Shown: positions 24,697 through 35,887 of the stretch, one piece after another
Numbering within the stretch: the first letter of the stretch is position 1
Layout: each line of letters begins with the position of its first letter
From: Eledone cirrhosa
Lineage: Eukaryota
Reading direction: 5' to 3'
Assembly: GCA_964016885.1 (NCBI GenBank)
Contig: OZ024758.1
Coordinates: 32,488,001 to 32,552,000, forward strand
Length of the DNA: 64,000 nt
The notes under the pieces: generated by a model
Told to the model about the DNA's origin: nothing
Databases searched by the model: none
The model's input: only the letters and a program-made list of their open reading frames with translations
Translations under genes and position numbers: made by a program

Positions 24697-25315
24697 CTAG
24701 CTGGCCAGCCCAGCAGGCGCCTGGCTAGGTATACCGGCATTTTATCTTTTCAGGAATTCCCCCTCCACTCCAGTACAAAGATACCGCATGCCCTCTCAAG
24801 TCAGTTCAGCAGCCAGTACGTTAAAGAAAATTGATAGTTACAACAATAAAGGCTGAACAGAGAACACAAATTTTTTAACAAACTTTACAATAATTTGTAC
24901 AACCATAATAGAAATTCCAAGTAACAGAAAATACATAAATTACATTGTTAGAGCATCAGAGTATACAATATTTTTTGTTCGGCCCTCGGAAACAAAGATG
25001 AAGAGATTGTTTGGCGAGCTCACCCTAGAGCATCCTACATACAATTGACCACGAGAGAAGCATGGTTTTCCCAGATGAAGGCCAGCCACTTTTAGGGTTT
25101 GACCCTGAGCTTTGTTGATGAAAATCGCGAAGCTTAGTATCTCGGTTGCTCTAGTAATATTTTTCTTCTGGAAAATCTGATCTTGTGGCCAGGCTGGGAC
25201 GTTTTTTGTGGCATATCGGCAGTAACAATGACGATAAACCATCTGTGGCTTTCATGAAATAAATACGTTTGTTTATATTTTGTTTTTGTGTATGCAAAAA
25301 TATCTGTACCCAAAT
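24697..25315 (-). mobile_element. Non-autonomous Helitron 3' part with a Pif1 helicase C-terminal remnant
   Basis: SFAIFINKAQGQTLKVAGLHLGKPCFSRGQLYVGCSRV...TKNIVY; 3' GC-rich hairpin and CTAG|T end. Confidence 0.88.
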
Positions 25316-25317
25316 AT

Positions 25318-25488
25318 ATCATCATCATCATCATCATCGTTTAACGTCCATATTCCACGCTTGCATGGGTTTGGACGGGGGTTTTCCCACTTGAGGCAAG
25401 AGTGGTTGTCTTGCTCACATAGGACTGTCTGGCAGGTTTTCTACGGCTGGATGCCCTTCCTAACACCTACCACATTTACAGTGTGGAA
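25318..25488 (-). mobile_element. SINE with RTE-derived tail, inserted in a (TA)n of the Helitron
   Basis: Nearly identical to the reverse complement of 34545-34715. Confidence 0.8.
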
Positions 25489-25496
25489 TTATATAT

Positions 25497-26170
25497 ATTA
25501 AAATAACAGATTAAAGTTTAAGCAAAGAATCGCTGCTTTCACCCTTAACAAGATCTTCTGAAACTAAAAGAAATCAATCTGTGAACGCAGAAGTAAATAT
25601 TTCGAAAAACGTTGCAACCGAAGGAAAACAGGAAGATGATACTTTGGTTCGTGAAGACGTTCCCTGGCAATGAATGAAAAAAAGCGAAGATAGTACGTCA
25701 TTATGTGGAGCGATGAGAACAGTTACACGGTATATATTGAGTCGTAGACTAAGATACTATTTAGGAAAATGATTCTCGGCTTTGGAGTTAAGAATAATGT
25801 AAATAAATTAGTAGAACGAAAATGACAGAGGTTATTACAATCATTAAAGTAATAATAATTAAATATATACATACACGCATCTATATACGTACATATATGT
25901 GCATACGTGAAAACACCCGCCATGCATGCATATACATGCACGTACATATAAACACGTGCACACATACATAAACCCCTGCACGCATACGAACGTATACATC
26001 AAATACACATTAAAAAATATATATGTGTGTATATACATATAATTATATAAACGTATATAAATATACACACATAAATACGTATATAACACACACATACCTA
26101 CAGGTAAATACACATATGTTCACCAAACGTATGTCAACCAAAACCCAATGTACACATATACACACCTTAC
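25497..26170 (-). mobile_element. Long copy of the Penelope-like module
   Basis: Co-linear homology with 55980-57010. Confidence 0.6.
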
Positions 26171-26794
26171 ATATGTGCAAGCACGCATACAAATATACAC
26201 AAACACAAAATACACATATACACATAACCATATACATATATACCAGTATATATAATATATTATATACACCTATAACAAATATAAGCAAATATACATACGA
26301 GAAAGTATACATACCTTCACAAAACATACAGGTAATATATACTTACCTATACAAATAAATAATACATTTTTATAGCCCAAAATATAGATTAATTTAGATT
26401 AATTCACTATTTTGAACTAACATAAATAATTCGAAATTTAACGGTCATCCGGATATGTTTGGATATATATAATTGATTAATAGTTTATTTCTAATTAACT
26501 TAAGGACTCGAAATTAAACCCTGATATAACTACACCCAGATATATTTGATATTTAGATTGATTGATTATTTCTAGATAATTCAACGATTCAAAATTATTC
26601 TTTCACAAAGGTATGCCCAAATGTATATTTATATATTTATATATCTGTTAGAACACGAAAAGTGTGAAACAACAGAATGTTCACTTTTCGTGTTCTAACA
26701 TATATGCGTAACTTCTTCATAAATTTTCCGGGGATAGCCGTGGTGGTGGTGATCGTATGTCATTGGCTAATTTTCAACCAATCAGAGTAAGTGT

Positions 26795-26828
<34 letters not shown>

Positions 26829-26894
26829 TATTCCCCCTCTCTCTATATATATCTTACGCTTTCGCTTTACACTCCTCCCCTTCAATAACACATT

Positions 26895-27370
26895 TCCCCC
26901 TCTCTATATATCTCTTATACTGTTACACTTATATTTCCATTTATTTATTACCCCCTCTCTCTATATCTCTTCCACTGTTACTTACCCCTGTTTCTCTCTA
27001 TCTGTTCCGTCTCTATATATATCTCTCTTACTCTTTCGCTTTGCACTCCTCCCCTTCAATACCATCTCTCCCCCTCTCTATATATTTGTTACTCTATCGC
27101 TGCACGCTCCTCTCCTTCAATATATCAATTACACACCGATAGTTGAACCGCCAAGTAGCGAGGTATCACAGTATATATGTTTAAATATATAGTGTGGCTG
27201 TGAAAACTGACTTTAAACGTGTTTCGGTTTACGAGCGCCGCGCCGGAACGAATTAAACTCGTAAACCGAGGTGCCACAGTATATATATATATATAAAATA
27301 AAAGAATTTATTCAGTTTTGGGACAATATAATTTTGACTGATAACAAATGTGAAATTCTTAACTAGCATC

Positions 27371-27404
<34 letters not shown>

Positions 27405-27695
27405 TATGAAACTTCTAGGTATGTCACGATGTATCTAACATTACGTTGACACTTTCCCCCTCTCTATATATCTCTTATACTGTTACACTTATATTTCCAT
27501 TTATTTATTCCCCCCTCTCTCTATATCTCTTCCACTGTTACTTACGCCTGTTTCTCTCTATCTGTTCCGTCTCTATATATATCTCTCTTACTCTTTCGCT
27601 TTGCACTCCTCCCCTTCAATACCATCTCTCCCCCTCTCTATATATTTGTTACTCTATCGCTGCACGCTCCTCTCCTTCAATATATCAATTACACA
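26895..27695 (+). repeat. About 240-bp direct repeat (26895-27135 and 27453-27695), CT-rich; the spacer holds Tigger/pogo-like ends
   Basis: TTCCCCCTCTCTATATATCTCTTATACTGTTACAC...CAATATATCAATTACACAC occurs twice; the spacer has AAACTCGTAAACCGAGGTGCCACAGTA and AGTAGCGAGGTATCACAGTA (also at 29286-29352). Confidence 0.75.
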
Positions 27696-28112
27696 CTTAC
27701 GCTTTACACTCCTTTATCCCCAGCGCCCCTATATATACACCCCCCCCCCCCGCATCTATATTTTAATGTTCCGTTGCACCGTGAATATATGTGTCTATAT
27801 ATATATACATATATATTGTATATACACATTCATGTATGTGTATACACACTCATGTATGTATATACACTGGTTTTATGTGTGTATTGTAAATTTGTACTGT
27901 TAAAACACGAAACTAACATTCGATTGACACTTTGATTACCTGTACAGGCAATAGTTATTAGAATGCTGTTGAAGTGTGTATATATTTTTGGGGGACATCC
28001 TGTATATACACACATTATATATAATACAATAAACAGATAAATACACACATATATATATGAGCTTATTTAATTATAAATATTGTGAATTTTTAACTCAGTT
28101 CAATTATATATA

Positions 28113-28170
28113 TAAATGGCTTCTACAGGACTAGAACTGTTTCATTCGAAAGAAATCATCATAATATTGA
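28113..28170 (-). ncRNA. Degenerate minimal hammerhead motif
   Basis: Minus strand: ATGATGA-TTTC(TTTC)GAAT-GAAAC-AGTTCTA-GTC-CTG. Confidence 0.4.
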
Positions 28171-28785
28171 GAGGGGGGACTAGATAAAATATTTCACATC
28201 AAATGTGTATAAGTTATAAGTTAAAATGTATAAATAGAGACGATAGTGGAGGTATATCTGTTTAGTGGAACAGTAGACGATAGAATTAAATACAGACGAG
28301 AATCTCCCTTTAATGAAAAAGCAGACGATAGAATTAAGGCAATTTAAATTTTAAGCATTTGCATTTTTGCCTTTCATCGTTACGGGGTCGATAAAATAAA
28401 GTACCAGTAATACACTGTCACTATAAGTAGACGACTTTCAAATTGAATTGTTGGTTCCATTTCTTTAGTATTTTCAATTGTAGTTATCTACTTAAAAAGC
28501 GTTACACGGTTAGAGACATAATTGGTAAGTTATATCTTCCTTATTAAACCATTGCATTATTTCGCCTACAATAGAACAAAAATGAAATGTTCTTTAAAGA
28601 AACAGGAATATAACTTTATAAAAAAAAAAGTTGCATCCGCTTCTTTTATCATTGATAATTTTTTCGTTTTAATATTAATTGTTTTTTGTAGTTGTTTATA
28701 TTAAAAATCTTACTGTAATATTTACTTAAACGAAGGCAGACATCTAAACTTATAGATTAATCTTGAGCGAAGGACTACATAAATC

Positions 28786-28858
<73 letters not shown>

Positions 28859-28862
<4 letters not shown>

Positions 28863-29160
28863 GAAGAATGATAAAATTTCAAGCAAAGAGTTTAATTAGA
28901 TAATGACTTACAAATTTGTTTCAGTATATATTTAATATAATATTAATATATTTTGTAATATTATTAACTAATTATTATAATTAGCGCTTCAGGCTTTGTC
29001 TATATACTGAAACAAATTTGTAAGTCATTACCTAATTAAACTCTTTGCTTGAAATTTTATCACTCTTCGTTTTGAATTTCTCCTAAGTATTCAATACTCT
29101 GTTGAGAAATACATTTTACATAAACAGTCTTTGTACCATTTATACGGTATTAATTACTTA
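28859..29160. repeat. Fold-back with about 72-bp arms (28859-28930 / 29000-29072) plus tail
   Basis: AAACGAAGAATGATAAAATTTCAAGC...TTTGTTTCAGTATATA and its reverse complement; the right arm has GAAAC-AAATTT-GTA (HHR 3' half). Confidence 0.75.
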
Positions 29161-29349
29161 TATTTATATATATATATATATAGCGTATGATTAGAACTGT
29201 GTTTATTATTAATATTTTAATGGATTTAATGAAAAATTTTAGGTGTTCATATATATATTCTAAAAATGCGCGAAATCGTGAATCCGCGATAGTTGAACCG
29301 CCAAGTAGCGAGGTATCACTGTATATATGTTTAAATATATAGTGTAGCT

Positions 29350-29814
29350 GTGATGTATCTCGCGAGTGAATCGAGACCTGTCACTGATTTTGGTGTCCCC
29401 ACTGCCGATGTGAATGAGCAACGCTGCACTTGTGAATTGGGTCTTGATGTTGCAGGCAGTTCATATACTTACAAAGATGCAGTCCCACAAGCTTGTTCAC
29501 ATTCCTGTGCTAATAATCTAGATGGGCGTATTAAATTGGATGTGAAAGCAGCTTACCGGATGCGGAATCGGGAGAAGTTGAGACAAAAACAGGCCGATTA
29601 TAGAGCTGTGAATTTTGCTAAATTAACACAAAAACAGGCCAAGTATAGATGTTCAAAACGGTATGAGTTGGCAAACAAGCAGGCCAAGTATAGATCTGCA
29701 AATTCAGCTATTATATCTCAAAAGCAAGCCGAGCGTAGAGCTTCTAAACGTACCGAGTTGGCTAAAGAGCAGACCAAGTACAGATCTGCAAATATCTTAT
29801 TGCACAAACAATAA
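29350..29814 (+). pseudogene. Fragment encoding 15-aa basic repeats (KQAxYR), possibly a Helitron-type N-terminal repeat region
   Basis: KLRQKQADYRAVNFA/KLTQKQAKYRCSKRY/ELANKQAKYRSANSA/IISQKQAERRASKRT/ELAKEQTKYRSAN; repeats diverge more in DNA than in protein. Confidence 0.45.
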
Positions 29815-30024
29815 TTCTGCACAAATGTTGCTCCATTATTAGATCTAATGTTGCAACGATACAGTTAAATGTTGTCTGTGTATTTTAAAAAAGATTTGCT
29901 TATAATCTTTTCAAATTTCATTACGCCAATGATTCAAGCTCAAATTGACATTATCTAAAAAATTGTACAAACAGCGGTGGATTAGCAGTAGTGAACAGAT
30001 AAATCAGTCAATTTATTAAGATTG

Positions 30025-30670
30025 ACTTGGCATCAATCAGCAAGACCTTCATTAGCTGCTCTCCAGCCATCTATTTAAAGCTGTATACATCTATGGTACG
30101 AATACACTTGGAGTTCGCGTCATCAGTCTGGAACCCCTATCTTGCTCAGAACATTGACCTCCTGGAAACTGTTCAGAGACATGCAACCAAGCGCATACCC
30201 TCCATCAGACACCTACCATACCCTGAATATTTTGCTTCCCTCTGGCAATGGACTTGGTAAACACCCACAAAGTTATTAACCATCCGACCAACAACAACCC
30301 CGAACACCTTTTTGATCTCCATGTGTCTAACACGTGGACATGCCTACAAAGTCGGAAAACAACACAGCTCCCATGACTTTAGGAAATATTTCTTCATGCT
30401 CAGAGTTGCTGAAGGATGGAACAAACTTCCTGCATCAGTTGTTAGCTGATGACACACTGCATCCTTTAAAACCATCATACATTCCGAAATACACCAAAAC
30501 TACACCTGATGTCCCCCTTCCATACACATGCACATATGTGTATATCATGACTCATGCACTGTTCTTTTTTCCTGACGTTTTTATATTACCCTATGTATTA
30601 TATATGCACTTTTGATGAGTTGTAGTGCACCTCAGCATTGTACACAATATTTTCATTATTATTATCATTA
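30025..30670 (+). mobile_element. 5'-truncated CR1 LINE, same family as 4206-7108
   Basis: LYTSMVRIHLEFASSVWNPY..LETVQRHATKRIP; shared 3' UTR GATGAGTTGTAGTGCACCT; (ATT)n tail. Confidence 0.9.
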
Positions 30671-31147
30671 TTAATATTACACTCATTGATCCATTTTGCA
30701 CTAACTCTGCATCAAGCACCCTCACCTAAATATTAACCAATCAAGGATCCAATACAACTATCTGTTGGATGAGTATTGTATAGTGCCAAAAACGAAACCA
30801 ATCAGTTTAGCAGAAAGTTTCCAGACAAGAAACACGCATATTTTGCTATTCTCAAACACGTTTACACATGGCATGAAATATAACTAATCCGAGATGGCTA
30901 GGTTTCATCTTCTAACTGGATATACGAAATCCATTATGTCTTGACAACAACATGAGGTAACATTATGTTATTCACAGACACACTTTGTACACTGTTCCAT
31001 ATCAGAATGTATTTCCTTCGTCACATTCACAAACAGTATTGAAAATATGTTCTTCGGCAAATAAAAATGTTTTGTTCATAATATTTCAACTAGCGATTGC
31101 TCTACTCCACGCACGACCACCATAAATTAATGACCAGCTCAACACAA

Positions 31148-31320
31148 GTATTGGTAGAGCGTCAGACACCATGCTTTGCAGTATTGTTATGGTCCTTTGC
31201 ATTCTAAGTTCAAATCCTGCCGAGGTTAACTTCGACTTTCATACTTACTAATTCGATAAAATAAAGTACCAGTAATGGACTGCCGTAATGGATTTGTGCC
31301 GAAAAATAGAAACACTATTA
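31148..31320 (+). mobile_element. tRNA-derived SINE (Nin-like core)
   Basis: GGTAGAGCGTCAGACACCATGC...AAGTTCAAATCCTGCCGAGGTTAAC...CGATAAAATAAAGTACCAG. Confidence 0.8.
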
Positions 31321-31868
31321 ATGTGCAATAAGAGCAAAATATAACGACATTGCTCAATTATTTTATCTAATGTTGTAATAACACAAGGAAATGTTGTTTG
31401 TGTATTTTTTTTTATATTTGCTCATAGGCTTTTACAATTTCGCTCAGCCAACAACTATTAAAAAGTGAGTTGCTTAAGATAACAATTTAATCACAAATTG
31501 TTGCTATCTTTTAATACACTCCAACAAGTCATCAAATTATGTACAATAAAAACAAATCTTATTAATTTGCTCAGGGAATATAAAGAAAATGTATATACAC
31601 TGATAATTGCAATTGTATGTAAATATTTTGTTTTTGTATTGTTTATTTTGTTTTCTATTATGTATAATATATTGATTTAATATTGATTGTTTTTTGTAGT
31701 TGTTTATATTAAAAGTCTGAAAATATTTTTATACATCTTACACTAATATTTATAAGATAATTTATAATAACAATTACATAATCTAATTACATTACAACGA
31801 TAATTTATTATTAATATATATCCTGTTTAACTAGAGTTATTACAAGCGTTGCCTTAAAAAAATATTAA

Positions 31869-32825
31869 ACTAGACATGAAAAATGCGCAAGCTCAAAAGT
31901 GCCACAGAATGTTATAATAAACCTTCAAAAGTGTGGGACTAGAGTTGTTGCTAAAAAATATTGTAATCATTATATATCGTACATTCTGTGGCATCCTTTA
32001 TAAAAATAGCTTAAACCAACGAAGCCTTTATTTTTACGCTATTTCACTTAGTTAATTCTTAGAGTGTAACATATAAAAATAAATACATCTATGTTTAATG
32101 TAATAACAGCTATAAATAATTACGTAATATTATTATCATATACTCATAGTAACAAAATAATTGTGTTGAAAATTAATATGATGCTTATATGAACGATCAA
32201 ATCTATAATGATAATTTCTTAAATATACTAATAGTAAAATAATTTAGTTATCTATTGTTACATTTTCATAGAACTATAATATTAACAATCGTATTGCATT
32301 ATCAAATTTTTATCACTACAAACTTTCATATTGGAATTACCTTAAGCCACTTATTATTACTTCGCTTTCGTACTTTTACAGCTGTAGATATTGCGCTGTA
32401 TCTTATATCTAATATCAATATCTCATGGTAATTTGCATGCAGTGTAAAATAGGTTTATTAATAACTTTAATATGAAATGTATTATACAGGGCTGCGGAGT
32501 CGGCCAAAAATTGACTGGCTCCAACTCAGGATCCGATACTCCATTATTTCCTAAATTTCAGCTCTGCAGCTCTGTTATTATATTAATTAATTTATTTTAT
32601 AGTTGTAAATCATATTTTTATATGTTACACTCTAAGAATTAACTAAGTGAAATAGCGTAAAAATAAAGGCTTCGTTGGTTTAAGCTATTTTTATAAAGGA
32701 TGCCACAGAATGTACGATATATAATGATTACAATATTTTTTAGCAACAACTCTAGTCCCACACTTTTGAAGGTTTATTATAACATTCTGTGGCACTTTTG
32801 AACTTGCGCATTTTTCATGTCTAGT
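31869..32825. mobile_element. Element with about 213-bp near-perfect terminal inverted repeats (ACTAG...CTAGT)
   Basis: 31869-32081 vs 32613-32825, one mismatch seen; each arm has an internal IR TGCCACAGAATGT/ACATTCTGTGGCA. Confidence 0.8.
32487..32574. mobile_element. Small hAT-type MITE
   Basis: CAGGGCTGCGGAGTCGG ... CAGCTCTGCAGCTCTG with a 7/8-matching TSD GTATTATA/TTATTATA. Confidence 0.65.
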
Positions 32826-32874
32826 ATATATATATATATAGTTAAAAGAATAGAGGTGTAACACACAAGTTATT

Positions 32875-33187
32875 ATATATTGGTAAACGGAATAGAAAAT
32901 GCTGACAAATTGTTCACAGTTGAAAAATGGTTTAATTAGGAATAAAAGAGTATTAGTGATTGTATGGGTTAGTATTCAGTTGTGGTTTTAAGTTTTTAAG
33001 TTTTTACCGGTTGCGCATTTCTAAATGCTTTTCAAAAGCATTTAGAAATGCGCAACCGGTAAAAACTTAAAAACTTAAAACCACAACTGAATACTAACCC
33101 ATACAATCACTAATACTCTTTTATTCCTAATTAAACCATTTTTCAACTGTGAACAATACAATTTGTCAGCATTTTCTATTCCGTTTA

Positions 33188-33196
<9 letters not shown>
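32875..33196. repeat. Fold-back palindrome with about 155-bp arms and a 1-nt loop at 33032
   Basis: ...CATTTCTAAATGCTTTT-C-AAAAGCATTTAGAAATG...; arms differ by one 5-nt indel; about 34-nt tail at 32841-32874; (TA)n on both sides. Confidence 0.92.
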
Positions 33197-33261
<65 letters not shown>

Positions 33262-33269
33262 TGCATCAT

Positions 33270-33775
33270 CTAATTATACGCTATTTATCCACGACAATAC
33301 AAATCTCCCTCCTTATGCTTTATACAATAAAAATTATTCTTCCTTGTCTCTCTATCCTTAATCAATTCTCTCTTGCTTTCGTGCATAAGTTATTTCTATA
33401 CTTCTAGTAACTATCTTTTTCCTCATCTGTTTCTCTCTCTGTCTTTCTTCAATAATTTAAATTATTTGAATCTCTAACAGTTATGTAAATTGCTATTATC
33501 TATTTTTATAAGCTTTCTCACACGCACCCTCTGTATTATATGTAATTTTTTCATGTCTCAATCTTAAGATATATAAATATTGAGTTTTGTCATATCTTAT
33601 TCGCTGCCATGACTGAATCTTAACCATCTACTAAGTCAGGGTATGTCATGCATCACCCTATTTTACTTGTCCCAATAACTTTATTTAGTTATTGCTCGCA
33701 CTAACCAGAGGTATATGATTTTTAAAGCGATGAAATACCAATGAAGGTTGGAAGATCACTGATGAAGGACTAATT
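33270..33775 (+). mobile_element. Penelope-like terminal-repeat fragment with k-turn-like stem and CUGAUGA
   Basis: 3' 100 nt homologous to 24320-24426. Confidence 0.5.
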
Positions 33776-33828
33776 TTATTCATATGTAACCCATGTGCAA
33801 CCATGCAGCACTCCATTTTTCTTATATT

Positions 33829-34202
33829 TATACAATATATTAACAAATGGAAACTATATTTATAAAACCATATTTATTTTATTATACATATTTCAAGGGC
33901 CACCAAGGCAAATTATGGTGCGCTTTCATCAGATGAAATACAATACAGATTAGTTTTATAAATAAATATTGACATACCCTGAAAAAAGACAACCTTAACG
34001 GTTGGAGCTTCCTGGATAGGAACCTCCAACCGTTAAGGTTGTCTTTTTTCAGGGTATATCAATATTTATTTATAAAACTAATCTGTATTGTATTTCATCT
34101 GATGAAAGCGCACCATAATTTGCCTTGGTGGCCCTTGAAATATGTATAATAAAATAAATATGGTTTTATAAATATAGTTTCCATTTGTTAATATATTGTA
34201 TA
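33829..34202. repeat. Fold-back palindrome (about 185-bp arms, 4-nt loop) with an HHR-like motif in each arm
   Basis: GGAGCTTCCT-GGAT-AGGAACCTCC centre; CTGATGA-AAG.GCACCA..TGGTG..CTT-GAAAT-AT-GTA at 34099-34146; a third, non-palindromic copy at 35105-35352. Confidence 0.9.
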
Positions 34203-34379
34203 TTTACTCCAATAAACTGTTAAGTGCTTTATATCAGTTATAAAAATATTTTTTAAGCTTGTATCCCAACAAATTAAATATAACCTCTGCATATATATTT
34301 ATATACATATATATGTATATATATATATATGTGTGTGTATATATATATATGTGTGTGTATATATATATATATAAAATAC

Positions 34380-34717
34380 ACCCCCACCCTATCCACACCG
34401 CCCCTTTCAATGTAAAGTTATGTTGGTGCCACAACATCCAGGCCGAAACAAATGAGGTCGTGTAGGTGTCACGACAAAAAAAAAAAAACACACAGTCCAC
34501 GCTGTAATGTGGCCAGGTAGGTAACACGGTAAAAACCTCCCAGTCCCACACTGTAAATGTGGTTGGTGTTAGGAAGGGCATCCAGCTGTAGAAAACCCGC
34601 CAGACAATCCTATGCGAGCAAGACAACCACTCTTGCCTCAAGTGGGAAAACTCCCGTCCAAACCCATGCAAGCGTGGAATATGGACGTTAAACGATGATG
34701 ATGATGATGATGATGAT
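34380..34717 (+). mobile_element. SINE with RTE-derived tail
   Basis: Very similar to 61370-61833; ends GGACGTTAAACGATGATG. Confidence 0.85.
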
Positions 34718-34750
34718 ATGTATATATATATATATGTATATATGTATATA

Positions 34751-34793
<43 letters not shown>

Positions 34794-34907
34794 ATATATA
34801 TATATATATATATTTATTAAAATAACAGATTAAAGTTTAAGCAAAGAATCGCTGCTTTCACTCTTAACGGGATCTTCTGAAACTATTATTATTATTATAT
34901 ATATTTA

Positions 34908-34991
34908 TACAATATGTTGAAAAGGTAACACACCAGAGAGATATATATGTATATATATCTCTCTGGTGTGTTACCTTTTCAAAATATTGTA
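34908..34991. repeat. Short fold-back hairpin with a (TA)n loop
   Basis: TACAATATGTTGAAAAGGTAACACACCAGAGAG / CTCTCTGGTGTGTTACCTTTTCAAAATATTGTA. Confidence 0.85.
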
Positions 34992-35074
34992 TTTTAAAGA
35001 GCTCAGCATTTCTTCTCCTTTGAGCACATTATTTACAGGGAATGGCGAGGGCCTATGGCTCCATCATTTATCGT

Positions 35075-35110
<36 letters not shown>

Positions 35111-35346
35111 GAGGTTATATTTAATTTGTTGGGATACAACAAGCTTAAAAATATTTTTATATTTTTATCCAGGAAGCTCCAACCGATAAGATTTTCTTTT
35201 TTTCAGGGTGTCAATATTATTTTATAAAACTAATCTGTATTGTATTTTATCTGATGAACGCGCACCATAATTTGCCTTGGTAGGCCTTGAAATATGTATA
35301 ATAAAATAAATATGGTTTTATCAATATAGTTTCCATTTGTTAATAT

Positions 35347-35418
<72 letters not shown>

Positions 35419-35464
35419 TAGATAGATAAATATACACGGGTGTGTATGATTGTGTATAGAAGAT

Positions 35465-35855
35465 TATATTAATAAGAGGAATTCCAGCTTTGTTTGATTT
35501 ACTCGTTTTATTTACAATCTTTTAAAATTTATAATGGTATTATAATGAAATAGTATGATAGAATATTAAATTCTAAGTGTTAATTGAACAAGTACTTTCA
35601 TGCTTTCGCAATCTTCAGGTTCATGATATGTGGTGACAGTCAAGTTTGCAATTTTCAACAGTTGAAAATTGCAAACTTGACTGTCACCACATATTATGAA
35701 CCTGAAGATTGCGAAAGCATGAAAGTACTTGTTCAATTAACACTTAGAATTTAATATTCTATCATACTATTTCATTATAATACCATTATAAATTTTAAAG
35801 GATTGTAAATAAAACGAGTAAATCAGACAAAGTTGGAATTCCTCTTATTAATATA
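35465..35855. repeat. Fold-back palindrome (about 195-bp arms, 1-nt loop at 35660)
   Basis: ...GCAATTTTCAAC-A-GTTGAAAATTGC...; a few transition mismatches; about 35-nt tail on the left. Confidence 0.92.
35698..35734 (+). ncRNA. Minimal hammerhead ribozyme (mirror copy at 35586-35622, minus)
   Basis: GAAC-CTGAAGA-TTGC(GAAA)GCAT-GAAAG-TA-CTT-GTTC; palindromic stem III AGTACT. Confidence 0.75.
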
Positions 35856-35887
35856 TATATACATATACATGTATATATACATATATA

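Noticed and set aside
26640-26705. Hairpin TGTTAGAACACGAAAAGTG/CACTTTTCGTGTTCTAACA as a miRNA or terminator
   Set aside because: Better explained as another tiny TA-flanked fold-back; no independent support for a small-RNA gene
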